64,000 nucleotides of DNA from Thermoplasmata archaeon UBA61 (GTDB taxonomy: Archaea > Thermoplasmatota > Thermoplasmata > Lutacidiplasmatales > UBA184). The stretch is from contig DASW01000003.1 of NCBI GenBank assembly GCA_002503985.1, forward strand, positions 221,394-285,393, written 5' to 3'. The translations under genes and the position numbers were made by a program. The notes under the pieces were generated by a model that worked only from the letters and a program-made list of their open reading frames with translations, was not told where the DNA came from and did no database searches. This document shows positions 36,545 to 46,700 of the stretch, one piece after another (the stretch's first letter is position 1; each line of letters starts with the position of its first letter).

Positions 36545-37727
36545 CCACGCTGAGCCCGTTACCCCCGCCCATGCACGCCGTGGCGAGCCCGAGACGGGTC
36601 TTCGACCGAACGAGCTCCTGAACGAGCGTCACGACGATCCGGGCACCGCTCGCGCCGATCGGATGGCCGAGCGCGACCGCGCCGCCGTGGACGTTGAACT
36701 GCTCCTCCGTGAACCCGAACGTCCGCTGGACGGCGATGGAGGCCGAGGAGAACGCCTCGTTGTGCTCGACCCGGTCGAAATCCGAGGGCTTGAGACCGGT
36801 CCGCTCGAGATGCTTCTTGACGGTCGGGATCGGCGCTTCCATGACATCCCGAGGGTGAACGCCACCCTCGGCGGTAGAGTGGACCCACGCGATGGGCTTC
36901 AGGCCGCGCTGCTCGACCTCGCGACGGCTCACGAACACGAGCGCGACCGCGCCGTCGGAGATCTGGGAGGAGTTGCCGGCCGTGAGGACCCCGTTCGGGC
37001 CGAACGCCGGCTTCAGTTTCCCGAGCGCTTGGAGCGAGGTGTCCGCCCGGGGGCACTCGTCGCGGGCCAGGCCGGGACCGCCGGGCGGCATCCCGGGCGG
37101 GACGGGGACGACCTCGCTCGAGAACGTCCCGTCCTCCATGGCCTTCACGGCCCGTTGATTGCTGCGAAGGGCGAAGGCATCCACCTCGGCCCGGGTGAGC
37201 CCGAAGTGCTGGGCGACGCGCTCGCCGGTGAGGCCCATGAGCTCGTGCTCGTCGTACGCGTCCATGAGCCCGTCCCGCTGCATCGCGTCGTCCATCGTGT
37301 GCGGTCCCGGCTTGCTGCCCCAGCGAAGGCTACCCGGAAGCAGGTGGGGCGCGTTCGACATGCTCTCCATCCCCCCGACGAGGACCCGGTCGAACTCTTC
37401 GGCCCGGATCGCCGTGAATCCCAGGAGGATCGCCTTCAGGCCCGAGCCGCAGACCATGTTCACGGTCGCGGCGCCGACGCTGTCGGGGATCCCCGCCCCG
37501 CGGAGGACTTGACGCGCAGGGTTCTGCCCCACGCCGGCCTGGATCCCCTGGCCGAACAGGACCTCCTCGACCTCTTCGGCTCGGATCCCGGACCGCTCGA
37601 TCGCGGCTCGCGCGACGTGGCTCCCGAGCGCCGGCGCGGAGAGGCCCCGCAAGGCTCCTCCGAACCGGCCGATGGGAGTGCGCACCGCCGAAAGGATAGC
37701 GACGGAAGGTTCCGTACGGTTGGTCAT
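36522..37727 (-). CDS. acetyl-CoA acetyltransferase (thiolase II, bacterial-type)
   Basis: 401 aa with the NMVCGSGLKA active-site Cys region. Confidence 0.85.
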   Translation of the reverse strand: MTNRTEPSVAILSAVRTPIGRFGGALRGLSAPALGSHVARAAIERSGIRAEEVEEVLFGQGIQAGVGQNPARQVLRGAGIPDSVGAATVNMVCGSGLKAILLGFTAIRAEEFDRVLVGGMESMSNAPHLLPGSLRWGSKPGPHTMDDAMQRDGLMDAYDEHELMGLTGERVAQHFGLTRAEVDAFALRSNQRAVKAMEDGTFSSEVVPVPPGMPPGGPGLARDECPRADTSLQALGKLKPAFGPNGVLTAGNSSQISDGAVALVFVSRREVEQRGLKPIAWVHSTAEGGVHPRDVMEAPIPTVKKHLERTGLKPSDFDRVEHNEAFSSASIAVQRTFGFTEEQFNVHGGAVALGHPIGASGARIVVTLVQELVRSKTRLGLATACMGGGNGLSVVIDRSGL

Positions 37728-37813
37728 GGGTTAGCGAGCGGACACGCGATTATGAGGATAACGTGCCCCCAGCCAATGCGCCCTTCCCCGGCCCGTCGGG
37801 CGGGGCGTCGTCG

Positions 37814-38545
37814 TCAGTCCTCTTCGACCCGAGGAGCGAGCAGGTAGCGGCCTTCGCCGCGGCCGGCGCTCATCGCGAACTCGATCTTGAGGGGGTACTC
37901 GTTCCCGACGTGGAGCGTCGTCTCCTCCGCCGCGATCGACTTCACCATCGCCGAGAAGAAGTCGAGCGGGTACATGCTCTTCACCGGCTCCTTCACTTCG
38001 AGGCGGGTGAGCGAGTCCTTCGGGATCCGTAGGTCGAGCCGGTCCGTGTCGCCCTCGGAGTGCATCGTGAAGGCGTCGGGCTCGAGCGAGAGCGTGACGT
38101 GGTCGGTGAAGCTCTCGCTTCCCCGGATGCCCTGGCGCATGTCCTCGGTCTTGACGGTGACGCTCGCGGGCGGGCTCACGTTCGGCACCTTCGGGTCGGT
38201 GATCCCCGCCGGGTCGACGATCGCCATCTGACGGGTGAGGCGACCGACCGCCGCCACGAGGCGGTTCTTGCCGTCGAACTGGAGGTCGATGATATCGCCG
38301 GGTTTCGAGAGTCGGAGGACCTCCTTGAGCTTCTCGACGTCCACGCCGATATCGGTGCTCTCCCCCGTGAACTCCTCGAAGACGCCCTTCTGGAGCTTGA
38401 GGACGAGCATGGCGACGTGGGACGGGTCGACGGCCTTCGCTTCGAGACCGTCCTTCGAGATGGTCAGCTTGACCTCGCTCACCAGCGTCGAGACGACCTC
38501 GACGACCTCACGGAGGTTTTCCATCTTGATGCGAAGCTTGAACAT
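37814..38545 (-). CDS. pcn: DNA polymerase sliding clamp PCNA
   Basis: 243 aa (MFKLRI...), two-domain clamp. Confidence 0.88.
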   Translation of the reverse strand: MFKLRIKMENLREVVEVVSTLVSEVKLTISKDGLEAKAVDPSHVAMLVLKLQKGVFEEFTGESTDIGVDVEKLKEVLRLSKPGDIIDLQFDGKNRLVAAVGRLTRQMAIVDPAGITDPKVPNVSPPASVTVKTEDMRQGIRGSESFTDHVTLSLEPDAFTMHSEGDTDRLDLRIPKDSLTRLEVKEPVKSMYPLDFFSAMVKSIAAEETTLHVGNEYPLKIEFAMSAGRGEGRYLLAPRVEED

Positions 38546-38642
38546 CCCGCGCCTCGGCGTGACACATCGGTCCCCTCTAAAAAGGTTGCCGAGAGCGACC
38601 CGCCCCCGAAAGCGGTTTCTCCGCCGGTGATTCCCGTCCCGC

Positions 38643-39398
38643 GTGACCGAGCTCGCGTTCCTGGTGGACCCGGCGGCCGCCTACGTCCGGATGTTCCGCG
38701 GACGGGTCACCGCGCTCCCTCCCGGCGGGGTGGTCCTGGACCGTACCTTCTTCTACCCCACGGGGGGCGGGCAACCCAACGACCGAGGGACGCTCGGGCC
38801 ACCGGGGGAGGAGCCGGCGGAGGTGGTCGACGTCACCAAGTCGGGCGCGTCGGTCGTTCACCGGATCCGAGGACCCCCGAACGTCCTCCGTCGCTTCTCG
38901 GTGGGCGCTGAGGTCGAGGGGACCCTCGATTGGGACCGCCGCTACCGTCACATGCGCCTGCACACGGGCCAGCACCTACTGAGCGCGCGCATCTTCGCAC
39001 GGACCGGATTGCGGACCCGAAAGGCCCAGCTCGCCGGCAGCGCCGCGACCCTCGACCTCGAAGGGAGCCTGCCGTCGGGAGTGCTTCCTCTGCTCGCTAT
39101 GGACCTCGCCGAAGCGTTGGCCCACCCTCACCCGGTGACGCTGCGCCACGTTCCCCGGGCCGAGTGGGACCGCAACCCGTTCGCGGCGCGATCGGGGCTC
39201 GTCCCGCTTCCGGCCCAGGTCGACCCGGTCCGGGTCGTGGAGATCGAGGCCTCGGACGTCTGTCCGTGCGGCGGCACGCATCTTCGCTCGACCCGAGAGA
39301 TCGGCCGGGTGAACCTCCGTCCGCCGGTGCCCACGAACGGGGGCGACCGGGTCGGGTTCAGCCTCGAGGAGCCTTCGCTGCCCACTCCGCCCGAGTGA
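38643..39398 (+). CDS. AlaX-type alanyl-tRNA editing protein (AlaRS editing-domain homolog)
   Basis: HTGQHLL and CGGTH zinc motifs. GTG start. Confidence 0.72.
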   Translation: MTELAFLVDPAAAYVRMFRGRVTALPPGGVVLDRTFFYPTGGGQPNDRGTLGPPGEEPAEVVDVTKSGASVVHRIRGPPNVLRRFSVGAEVEGTLDWDRRYRHMRLHTGQHLLSARIFARTGLRTRKAQLAGSAATLDLEGSLPSGVLPLLAMDLAEALAHPHPVTLRHVPRAEWDRNPFAARSGLVPLPAQVDPVRVVEIEASDVCPCGGTHLRSTREIGRVNLRPPVPTNGGDRVGFSLEEPSLPTPPE

Positions 39399-39909
39399 CC
39401 CCGTAGACGCGGACGTCGTGCCAGCGTCCGTGATGGAACAGCGCGGACCGTAGGGTCCCTTCGTGACGGAACCCCAGCCCCTCCACGAGGCGGTAGGACG
39501 CCACGTTCTCGGTGTCACACGTGGCGCCGACGCGCTCCACGGCGCTGGTGGCGAACAGGTGGTCGATGAGCAGCCGGACCGACTCTCGTCCCAGACCCTG
39601 CCCGCGGGCGGCGCGGTCGCCGAGCACGTACCAGACGTCAGTGTATTCCAGGACAGGGTGCGCGCGGTAATGGCCCACAGCGCCCACGACCCTTCCCTCG
39701 TCCTTCCGCTCGACGGCGAAGCGGGGCGCGAGCGATGCGGGGTCCTCGGCCGCAGCGGTCACGGCCTGGGAGAACTCGTCGAACGTGTCGACGGAGAAGC
39801 GGTCGAACGGCGCGATGGTCTCCGGGTCGTTGTACCAGGCGAACACCGAGGGGTAATCGGCCGGAACGAGCGGACGCAGCCGGACCCGGGTTCCTTCGAG
39901 GACGGTCAT
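39358..39909 (-). CDS. GNAT family N-acetyltransferase (RimJ/RimL-like)
   Basis: 183 aa with a RGQGLGRE acetyl-CoA motif. Confidence 0.75.
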   Translation of the reverse strand: MTVLEGTRVRLRPLVPADYPSVFAWYNDPETIAPFDRFSVDTFDEFSQAVTAAAEDPASLAPRFAVERKDEGRVVGAVGHYRAHPVLEYTDVWYVLGDRAARGQGLGRESVRLLIDHLFATSAVERVGATCDTENVASYRLVEGLGFRHEGTLRSALFHHGRWHDVRVYGVTRAEWAAKAPRG

Positions 39910-39915
39910 CCCGCC

Positions 39916-40311
39916 TCAATCGGCGGAGGGTCCCCGAGGGAACTTGGTCGATGGCCCGCCTCCGGACTCGGCGACGGCGGCCGCTTCGCCCGACACGGTC
40001 ACCGAGCTCCCTTCCCCTTCCTCGCCCCGATGGTACTCGAGCGCTTTGCGGTGTCCGCTCGGAGTGAGGGAGAACACGTGCTTCGGCTCCGAGTAGCCTA
40101 CGACGTACTGGGTGCGTCGGTAGATCAGGCGACCGATCTCGAGCACCCGGAGCGCCTGCTTCACCTCGTTCAGGTCCTCGTTGGCGAACTTCCTCAGGAT
40201 CCCGAACTCGGTCGTCCACTGGGAGGCTTCGAACCGGATCTGCTGTCCGCGGTGCTCCAACAGGTGCAGGAGGAGCAGGCGTTGCAGACGGTCGAGTTCC
40301 TCCGAAGGCAT
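39916..40311 (-). CDS. putative winged-helix DNA-binding protein
   Basis: 131 aa. The LNEVKQALRVLEIGRLIYRR recognition-helix/wing pattern is followed by a Gly/Glu-rich tail. Confidence 0.45.
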   Translation of the reverse strand: MPSEELDRLQRLLLLHLLEHRGQQIRFEASQWTTEFGILRKFANEDLNEVKQALRVLEIGRLIYRRTQYVVGYSEPKHVFSLTPSGHRKALEYHRGEEGEGSSVTVSGEAAAVAESGGGPSTKFPRGPSAD

Positions 40312-40330
40312 CTGTAGGTCCGGTGAATTC

Positions 40331-40555
40331 TCAGGAGATGGTCGTGATCTCGTAGTTCACATCAAGGCCCTTGAGACGTTCGTGCATCTCGGTCATGAGG
40401 CGGATGACATCCTCGATCGGGGCTTTGTCCTTCCATTTGTAGACAAAGTCGTGCATCCCCATCGACTCCTCGAAGCCGAGGCCTTTCATGGCCTCCACGA
40501 CCTTCATCGGGTTCGCGCCTTCGGAGTGAAAGGTCATCCGGACGTAGGTACGCAT
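40331..40555 (-). CDS. hypothetical small alpha/beta protein (74 aa)
   Basis: Clean ORF with lower GC than its surroundings and beta-alpha-beta-like periodicity. No family recognised. Confidence 0.4.
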   Translation of the reverse strand: MRTYVRMTFHSEGANPMKVVEAMKGLGFEESMGMHDFVYKWKDKAPIEDVIRLMTEMHERLKGLDVNYEITTIS

Positions 40556-40607
40556 AACCCGTCCCCCCCCGGGACACTGGGTGCAGGGAGTTTAGGCGGC
40601 CGTTCGC

Positions 40608-40615
40608 TTATATAT
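40608..40615 (+). promoter_or_regulatory. TATA box (TTATATAT) 25 nt upstream of the epimerase ATG (leaderless)
   Basis: Canonical spacing. Confidence 0.4.
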
Positions 40616-40639
40616 GCTTCCCCACCTCCATTCGTCCCC

Positions 40640-41626
40640 ATGACGGACCGTCCCCTCGAGGGGCCTGTGGTCGTCACCGGCGGGGCGGGCGCGATCGGTT
40701 CCGTTCTCGTCCGATCGCTGCTCGAACGCGCGAGCGAGGTGCGGGTCATCGACAACCTCTCGAGCGGTCGTCGGGAGCACCTCACCCCCGGTCCTGGGGG
40801 CAAGAAGGCCCTCCTGACCGTGGCGGACCTGAAGAACCCGGCCTCCTACGCGGACCTCTTCCGCGACGCGTCGGCCGTGTGGCACCTCGCGACGAACCCG
40901 GACATCCGCAAGGGGATGTCCGACCCCCGCCTCGACCTCGAGGAGGGAACGGTAGCCACCTTCCACGTCCTCGAAGCCGCCCGACGCCATGACGTCCCTC
41001 GCGTGGCGTTCTCCTCCTCGAGCGTGGTCTACGGGCTCGCGACGGTCTTCCCGACCCCCGAGGAGTACGGTCCGCTCCAGCCCCAGTCCCTCTACGGGGC
41101 GGCGAAGCTCGCCGCGGAGGGACTCCTCACGGCCTACGCTCACTCCTACGGGCTGACGGTCCACATCTTCCGGTTCGCGAACGTGATCGGGCCCCACATG
41201 ACGCACGGGATCCTCCCGGATTTCTTCGACAAGCTCCGCCGCGACCCGACCCGCCTCGAGATCCTCGGGGACGGGCGTCAATCCAAGAGCTACCTCCGTA
41301 CCGAGGACTGTGTCGCCGGGATGCTCCACGCGACCGAGCGCTCGCGCGACCGGGTGAACGTCTTCAACCTTGGAGCGGTCGACCAGATCTCCGCGCGGGA
41401 GATCGGCGAGAAGGTGGTCGCGGCCCACGGCAGCCGCGCCCGGATCGAGTACACGGGCGGGGAACGCGGCTGGGCCGGGGACGTCCCCCTCCAGCTCCTC
41501 TCGATCCGACGGATGCAGGCGCTCGGCTGGGAACCTCGATGGAACAGCGCCCAGGCGGTCGACCAGGCCATCGCGGAGCTGGTCGAGGCTCGCGGCGTTC
41601 GCACCGGAGCCGGACCCGGCACCTAG
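40640..41626 (+). CDS. NAD-dependent epimerase/dehydratase (UDP-sugar 4-epimerase family, SDR)
   Basis: TGGAGAIGS Rossmann motif and YGAAK catalytic motif. 328 aa from ATG 40640 within the longer ORF. Confidence 0.8.
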   Translation: MTDRPLEGPVVVTGGAGAIGSVLVRSLLERASEVRVIDNLSSGRREHLTPGPGGKKALLTVADLKNPASYADLFRDASAVWHLATNPDIRKGMSDPRLDLEEGTVATFHVLEAARRHDVPRVAFSSSSVVYGLATVFPTPEEYGPLQPQSLYGAAKLAAEGLLTAYAHSYGLTVHIFRFANVIGPHMTHGILPDFFDKLRRDPTRLEILGDGRQSKSYLRTEDCVAGMLHATERSRDRVNVFNLGAVDQISAREIGEKVVAAHGSRARIEYTGGERGWAGDVPLQLLSIRRMQALGWEPRWNSAQAVDQAIAELVEARGVRTGAGPGT

Positions 41627-42660
41627 GCCGGCGATTTCGCGGCGCTCACGGAAGCGTAGACGCCTAGGTGCGCTTCGACGACCTTGGGCCAGGAGTACCT
41701 GCTCTCGGCGGCCGCACGGGCCCGGTCTCCCATCTCCCGTCGGAGCCGGTCGTTCGCGACCAGTCCGGTGACCCGTTCTCGGATCGCCGCGACGAAGGCG
41801 GCAGGGTCCTTGTCGGGCAGCGACCAGCCGGTCAGCCCCTCCTCCACGACCCCTTCGACGGCGGAGCCCCCGACGACCGGCAAACCGGAGGCGAGGGCCT
41901 CTAAGACCGTGGCCGATAGGATCTCGACCGAGCTGGGGTGGATGAGGAAGTCGCTCTCCGCGTAGAGTCGGTCGAGCTCGTCTGCCGAGACCTCCCCGAG
42001 CATCTCGACCTGGTCACCGGCCGACCGTACCGCGGCCGCGTATTCGGCGGACGGCATCGGTCCGGCGATCCGAAGGTGGACCCCCAGGCCTCGCAGGGCT
42101 CGCGCCGCCATCTCCCACCGCTTGAACGGGAGCACCACCCCGACGCCGAGCGCGTTGCGCCCCGAGCGCCGGTCCCATTCGGGATGGAAGCGCGTGCTGT
42201 CGACCCCGAACGGGATCACCGTAATCGAAGGAAGTGGAGGCCGGACCGTGGAAACCATCGTTCGCGCGAGGGTGGGAGTCAGCGCGACGACGGCCTTGGC
42301 CCGCCGGACGGCGCGGCGCTCGAGCCAGTACCCCCAGCGGTGGGACCAACGCTCACGATAGAACCAGTGACGCGAGTGGGACGTGTAGACGAACGGGTAC
42401 CCGCTGAACGCGAGCCGGTTCGCGACCACCGGGGTGTGCGCGTGAAGCACGTCGTACTCCTGCCCCTTGAGGAGGCGGGGGAGTTCCCACGCGAAGGGGT
42501 ATTCATCGATCGTCCGTCGACGGCGGACCCGGTTCACGACCTCCGCCTCGTGTCCCGCCGCGATGAGCGCCGTCCGGAAGTCCGCGAGGATACGCTCGAT
42601 CGCGCCGTAGCCGGTCGGAGGTATCGGCTGGACCCCCCCTCCGATCAGGAGAATCCGCAC
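41623..42660 (-). CDS. glycosyltransferase family 4
   Basis: GTG start gives (M)RILLIGGGVQPIPPTGYGAIE, a typical GT4 N-terminus, with an E-x7-E region near the C-terminus. The Arg-rich upstream part of the ORF was rejected. Confidence 0.72.
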   Translation of the reverse strand: MRILLIGGGVQPIPPTGYGAIERILADFRTALIAAGHEAEVVNRVRRRRTIDEYPFAWELPRLLKGQEYDVLHAHTPVVANRLAFSGYPFVYTSHSRHWFYRERWSHRWGYWLERRAVRRAKAVVALTPTLARTMVSTVRPPLPSITVIPFGVDSTRFHPEWDRRSGRNALGVGVVLPFKRWEMAARALRGLGVHLRIAGPMPSAEYAAAVRSAGDQVEMLGEVSADELDRLYAESDFLIHPSSVEILSATVLEALASGLPVVGGSAVEGVVEEGLTGWSLPDKDPAAFVAAIRERVTGLVANDRLRREMGDRARAAAESRYSWPKVVEAHLGVYASVSAAKSPA

Positions 42661-42749
42661 GTCCCTGCGAGACCCCTTGGGATTAAGGTCTTGGCGCTCT
42701 GGGGCCTGAGGGGAATTCGACCCGACCGGCTCGTCGGGGACAGAGAACA

Positions 42750-43628
42750 ATGGGAGCGGTGTGCGTCGAGGTCGCGGTCCGCGACGACCCCCGCCTGCTC
42801 GACGCCCTCGCCTCCCTCGACCGCCAAGAGCGACGGCCCGACCGGGTCCTCGTGGCAACCTCGCCCGCCACCCCGCAGGCTCTCCTGGACGAGGCCCGGC
42901 GGAGGTTCCCCACGCTTCCCCTCGTGTTCGGGCGGTACCCGAATGGCCCGGTCGAAGCCCGGTCCGCGAGCCTTCCCGACATCGTCGAGCCGGTGACGGC
43001 GTTCCTGGATTCCGACGAGCGGGCCCCTCCCGAGTGGCTGCGCCTCCTGGTGGCGCCGATCGAGGGCGGCACCGCCGACTTCAGCGGCGGTCCGACGAGG
43101 CCGCTACGTCCTCCCGAAGGGTCGCTCGAGCGCTACTCGGTGCTTCTCGAGGAGTCGATCTACGCCGACCTCGTCCCTCAGCGGGTCTCGTACCTCCCGC
43201 TACAGAACACCGCCTGGAGGACCGACTTGCTTCGCCAGCTCGGGATCGACCCGCGGATCTCGGCCGAGGACCATGACCTCGAGACCCGGGCCGCGCAGCT
43301 GGGAAAGGTCGGCCTGTACGTCCCGAACGCCTGGGTGTATCACGATAAGGCCACGGAGTCGAGCTTCTCCCGGTGGGCCCGCAAGCGCTTCCACTACCAG
43401 GTCGGGATGGCGATGTCGCTGATGAAGAACGGCGAGCTCGGTGGCAGGCTCGCCGAACGCCGCCGACCCGTGAACCACCCGCTCCGGTTCGTCGAGGCGG
43501 GGTTGAAGCCGTTCGCCTTCCTAACCGCTATGGTCCGCTGGCACCGGGTCTCGACCCCCGCCGAGCGGGCGCGGCGTCGACCCCCTTCCCCGAAGGCACC
43601 CGACCCACGGCAGAGGGACCGAGCGTAG
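42750..43628 (+). CDS. glycosyltransferase family 2 (GT-A fold)
   Basis: DSD (DxD) motif and a GT2-like N-terminus. Confidence 0.6.
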   Translation: MGAVCVEVAVRDDPRLLDALASLDRQERRPDRVLVATSPATPQALLDEARRRFPTLPLVFGRYPNGPVEARSASLPDIVEPVTAFLDSDERAPPEWLRLLVAPIEGGTADFSGGPTRPLRPPEGSLERYSVLLEESIYADLVPQRVSYLPLQNTAWRTDLLRQLGIDPRISAEDHDLETRAAQLGKVGLYVPNAWVYHDKATESSFSRWARKRFHYQVGMAMSLMKNGELGGRLAERRRPVNHPLRFVEAGLKPFAFLTAMVRWHRVSTPAERARRRPPSPKAPDPRQRDRA

Positions 43629-43690
43629 TCCCGTGGAGCCGCCGTCCGCCCTCGAGAAAACCTTATCCCGCCCCCCGGTTCGGCGAGGCG

Positions 43691-44572
43691 ATGTCCCCCG
43701 AGGCCCATCACGGTTCGGCCGCCCGGGTCACCGAAAAGGGTGACCTCGTCCGCCTGGAGTTCGACCTCTGGACGGAAATCGCCGGGAAGACCGAGTTGCT
43801 CGACACGACGCACGAGGAGCTCGCTCAGAAGGAGAACGCGAAGACCGAAGGGAGGACCTGGGGCCCTCGGCCTCACGAGGTCGGCGGAGACTACTTCCCC
43901 GACGCCATCGAGAAGTCCCTGATCGGTCTCGCGGTCGGTGACGAGGTCGAACGGGAGTTCGCGCCCGCCGAAGCCTTTGGCGAGCGGGACCCCAACCTCA
44001 TCGAGCTGTTCTCGATGCACCAGGTCGAACGCCTCCCCGAGATGCGGCGCGAGGACGCCCACCTCGACATCGGCACGACCCTCACGATTGAAGGTCGTCG
44101 GGGACGGGTCATGTCGCTGACCGCCGCGCGCGTACGGGTCGACTTCAACCCGCCGTTCGCCGGGCGCAAGGTCCGTGGGAAGTTCAAGGTCATCGAGCGG
44201 GTCACCGAACCCGCCGAGCAGGCGCTCTCGGTGATCGAGCTCCAGTACGGCCGGTCGGCCGAGTTCCACGTCGAGGTCCACGAGAAGACGCTCACGGTGA
44301 AGGTCCCCGACCGCACCAAGTTCGACATCGCTTGGATGGCCGCCAAGCCGCGGGTCATCGACCGGCTCCGCACCCACCTCCATCCCCACACGATCCGGGT
44401 CGTGGAGGAGTACGTGACCCCCGCTCCCGAGAAGAAGGAAGCTCCGGAAGGCGAGAAACCCTCCGAGGCCCCGCCCGCCGAGCCGGCGACGCCCGAGACA
44501 CCGGCGAAGCCGAAGGCCGCGAAACCGGCCCACTCCGCCCCGAAGGCGACGATGCCCTCGGACGACGCGTAA
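43691..44572 (+). CDS. FKBP-type peptidyl-prolyl cis-trans isomerase (long archaeal type) with Pro/Lys/Ala-rich tail
   Basis: KGDLVRLEFDLWTE FKBP core, followed by an IF/C-terminal domain and a PEAK-rich tail. Confidence 0.8.
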   Translation: MSPEAHHGSAARVTEKGDLVRLEFDLWTEIAGKTELLDTTHEELAQKENAKTEGRTWGPRPHEVGGDYFPDAIEKSLIGLAVGDEVEREFAPAEAFGERDPNLIELFSMHQVERLPEMRREDAHLDIGTTLTIEGRRGRVMSLTAARVRVDFNPPFAGRKVRGKFKVIERVTEPAEQALSVIELQYGRSAEFHVEVHEKTLTVKVPDRTKFDIAWMAAKPRVIDRLRTHLHPHTIRVVEEYVTPAPEKKEAPEGEKPSEAPPAEPATPETPAKPKAAKPAHSAPKATMPSDDA

Positions 44573-44676
44573 GCGTTCCTGTCGGCAGGGCGCTCCGCTC
44601 AAGCCTCGCGGCTAGCTCCTCCCGAACGGCAACGGGTCGTTCCGCGCGGGACGTTTTCGAAGCGAGCAGGCGACGG

Positions 44677-45264
44677 CTACACCGATGGGTGGGCGACGGC
44701 GCCCGTCTTCGTGGGGGTGTTGGCGACGGCCTCCGGCCATCGGTACAGGTAGACGTCGGTGTCCGTGTCGTGCTGCTCGGGGGTCCAGCCGTGGATCGGG
44801 TGGCAGTGACTCACCACCCGGGCCCCGCGGGGGAGCTCGGCCTCGAGCTTGGGGCGCAGGCGGGCCATGGCGCCCGGCCAGAGGAAAGCGGTGATCACGG
44901 TGGCGTCCCGGAACGTCAGGTCGAAGAGATTTCCCCAACGGAGCGTGATCCGGTCGGCGAACGGCCCGAGGGACCTCCGTAGCTTCAGGATGAGGTAGCG
45001 GAGCGGCTCCACCTCGACCCCGACCACGCGAGCGCGGTACGTTCGGGCCGCCCGGAAGACGATCGCGCCGGTCCCGGCCCCGAGGTCGTAGACCGTGTCC
45101 GTCGGGCCGACCTCGGCGAACCGCAGCATCGTCTCGACCGCCCGACGCGGGGTCGGTTCGTACCCCGCGCCGAACAGGAACGAGGCGAAGACGAAGTAGG
45201 CGATCGCGACCGCGAGAACAAACAGGCCGATGGCGAGGTAGAAGGTGAGGTCGTCCGATATCAT
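44677..45264 (-). CDS. class I SAM-dependent methyltransferase with N-terminal TM helix
   Basis: VYDLGAGTGAI motif I. 4-nt overlap with meaB. Confidence 0.7.
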   Translation of the reverse strand: MISDDLTFYLAIGLFVLAVAIAYFVFASFLFGAGYEPTPRRAVETMLRFAEVGPTDTVYDLGAGTGAIVFRAARTYRARVVGVEVEPLRYLILKLRRSLGPFADRITLRWGNLFDLTFRDATVITAFLWPGAMARLRPKLEAELPRGARVVSHCHPIHGWTPEQHDTDTDVYLYRWPEAVANTPTKTGAVAHPSV

Positions 45265-46229
45265 CGTGCGCGCCGTCCTCCGGTCACGAGCCGGTCGGCG
45301 GCCGTGCGGGGGTCGATCCGCCGCGCGACGACCTCGTCCAGCAGGTGCCGCAGAGAAGGGTCACGTTCGAGCCGGAGCGTGAGCTCGCGGCCGATATGGT
45401 CCCGGGCGAGCCCCACGATCTCCGACGACAGGCGCTGGCGTTCTCCCCGGAGCCGTTCGCCCGAGGAGTCGAGGAACTTTTCGTGGGCCATCACGTCGTT
45501 CCAAAGCTCGTCGATCCCGGTCGGCTCCACGGTGGAGGTTCCGACGATGGGGGGAGCCCATGCGCTCGCCCGGCCTCCGAGCGTCACCAGCTCGGCCAGG
45601 TCCCGTTTCGCGAGCTCGGCGCCGGGGAGGTCGACCTTGTTGACGCAGAAGATGTCGGCGATCTCGAACAGACCGGCCTTGAGCGTCTGGACCTCGTCGC
45701 CGAGGTGCGGGACGACGACCACGATGCTCGTGCTCGCGATGTCGCGGATCGCCACGTCGACCTGCCCGCTCCCGACGGTCTCCACGAGGATGACGTCAAA
45801 GCCGGCCGCGTCGAGCAGACGGGAGACCTCGCGGGTCGTGGCCGCTACCCCTCCGGCCGCCCCGCGGCTTGCCATCGACCGGAAGAACACTCCGTTGTCG
45901 TCGGCGCGCCGTTCGAGCCGGATCCGGTCGCCCAGCACGGAGCCGCCGGTGAAGGGGCTCGACGGGTCGACCCCGATCACCCCGACGGTCTGGCCCAACG
46001 AGCGCAGTCGCCCGACCAGGGCGTTCACGAGGCTCGACTTGCCGACCCCGAGCGGTCCCGTGAGGCCCACCACCGGGGCTCGACCGGAGCGCCCGTAGAG
46101 GCTCCTCACGACGCGGTCGGCGGCCGGGTCCCCGTTCTCGACCTGGGTGATCGTGCGCGCGAGAACCCGCCGGTCCCCGTCGACGATCGCCCGGGCGGCC
46201 GCGGGCAGGCGGGAGGATGCTCCCGTCAT
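45261..46229 (-). CDS. meaB: methylmalonyl-CoA mutase-associated GTPase MeaB/ArgK
   Basis: P-loop GPLGVGKSS and an NKVD motif. Confidence 0.85.
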   Translation of the reverse strand: MTGASSRLPAAARAIVDGDRRVLARTITQVENGDPAADRVVRSLYGRSGRAPVVGLTGPLGVGKSSLVNALVGRLRSLGQTVGVIGVDPSSPFTGGSVLGDRIRLERRADDNGVFFRSMASRGAAGGVAATTREVSRLLDAAGFDVILVETVGSGQVDVAIRDIASTSIVVVVPHLGDEVQTLKAGLFEIADIFCVNKVDLPGAELAKRDLAELVTLGGRASAWAPPIVGTSTVEPTGIDELWNDVMAHEKFLDSSGERLRGERQRLSSEIVGLARDHIGRELTLRLERDPSLRHLLDEVVARRIDPRTAADRLVTGGRRAR

Positions 46230-46648
46230 GCCGAGGGACGGGCCAACGCCTGGGCCGTGGTAACGATCTCCTCGAGGGAGGTGCCCGGACCGAAGATCGC
46301 GCGGATCCCGGCCTTCTTGAGACGGCGGGCATCCTCGTCCGGGATGATCCCGCCGGCGAATACCGGGATGCTGTGGCTCCCCTGTTCCTTGAGGAGCGAG
46401 AGGATCCGCGGGAAGAGAGCCATGTGGGCGCCGGAGAGGATGGAGAGCCCGATCAGGTCGACGTCCTCTTCGAGCGCCGCCCGGACGATCTCCTCCGGGG
46501 TCTGCCGAAGGCCGGCGTAGATGACTTCCATACCCGCATCCCGCAACGCCCGTGCGACCACCTTGGCCCCACGGTCGTGGCCGTCCAACCCGGGCTTTGC
46601 GATGAGCACCCGGATCGGGGTCTTTTTCGCGACGCGCGCCTTCGCCAT
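46226..46648 (-). CDS. methylmalonyl-CoA mutase, B12-binding small subunit
   Basis: Starts [27 protein letters not shown] (D-x-H-x-x-G cobalamin motif), the internal Met of the track ORF. Confidence 0.8.
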   Translation of the reverse strand: MAKARVAKKTPIRVLIAKPGLDGHDRGAKVVARALRDAGMEVIYAGLRQTPEEIVRAALEEDVDLIGLSILSGAHMALFPRILSLLKEQGSHSIPVFAGGIIPDEDARRLKKAGIRAIFGPGTSLEEIVTTAQALARPSA

Positions 46649-46700
46649 CGTCGACCGTCCTTTGACGTGGGTCGATAAGAAAAGCTTTGGCCCGCGGTTT

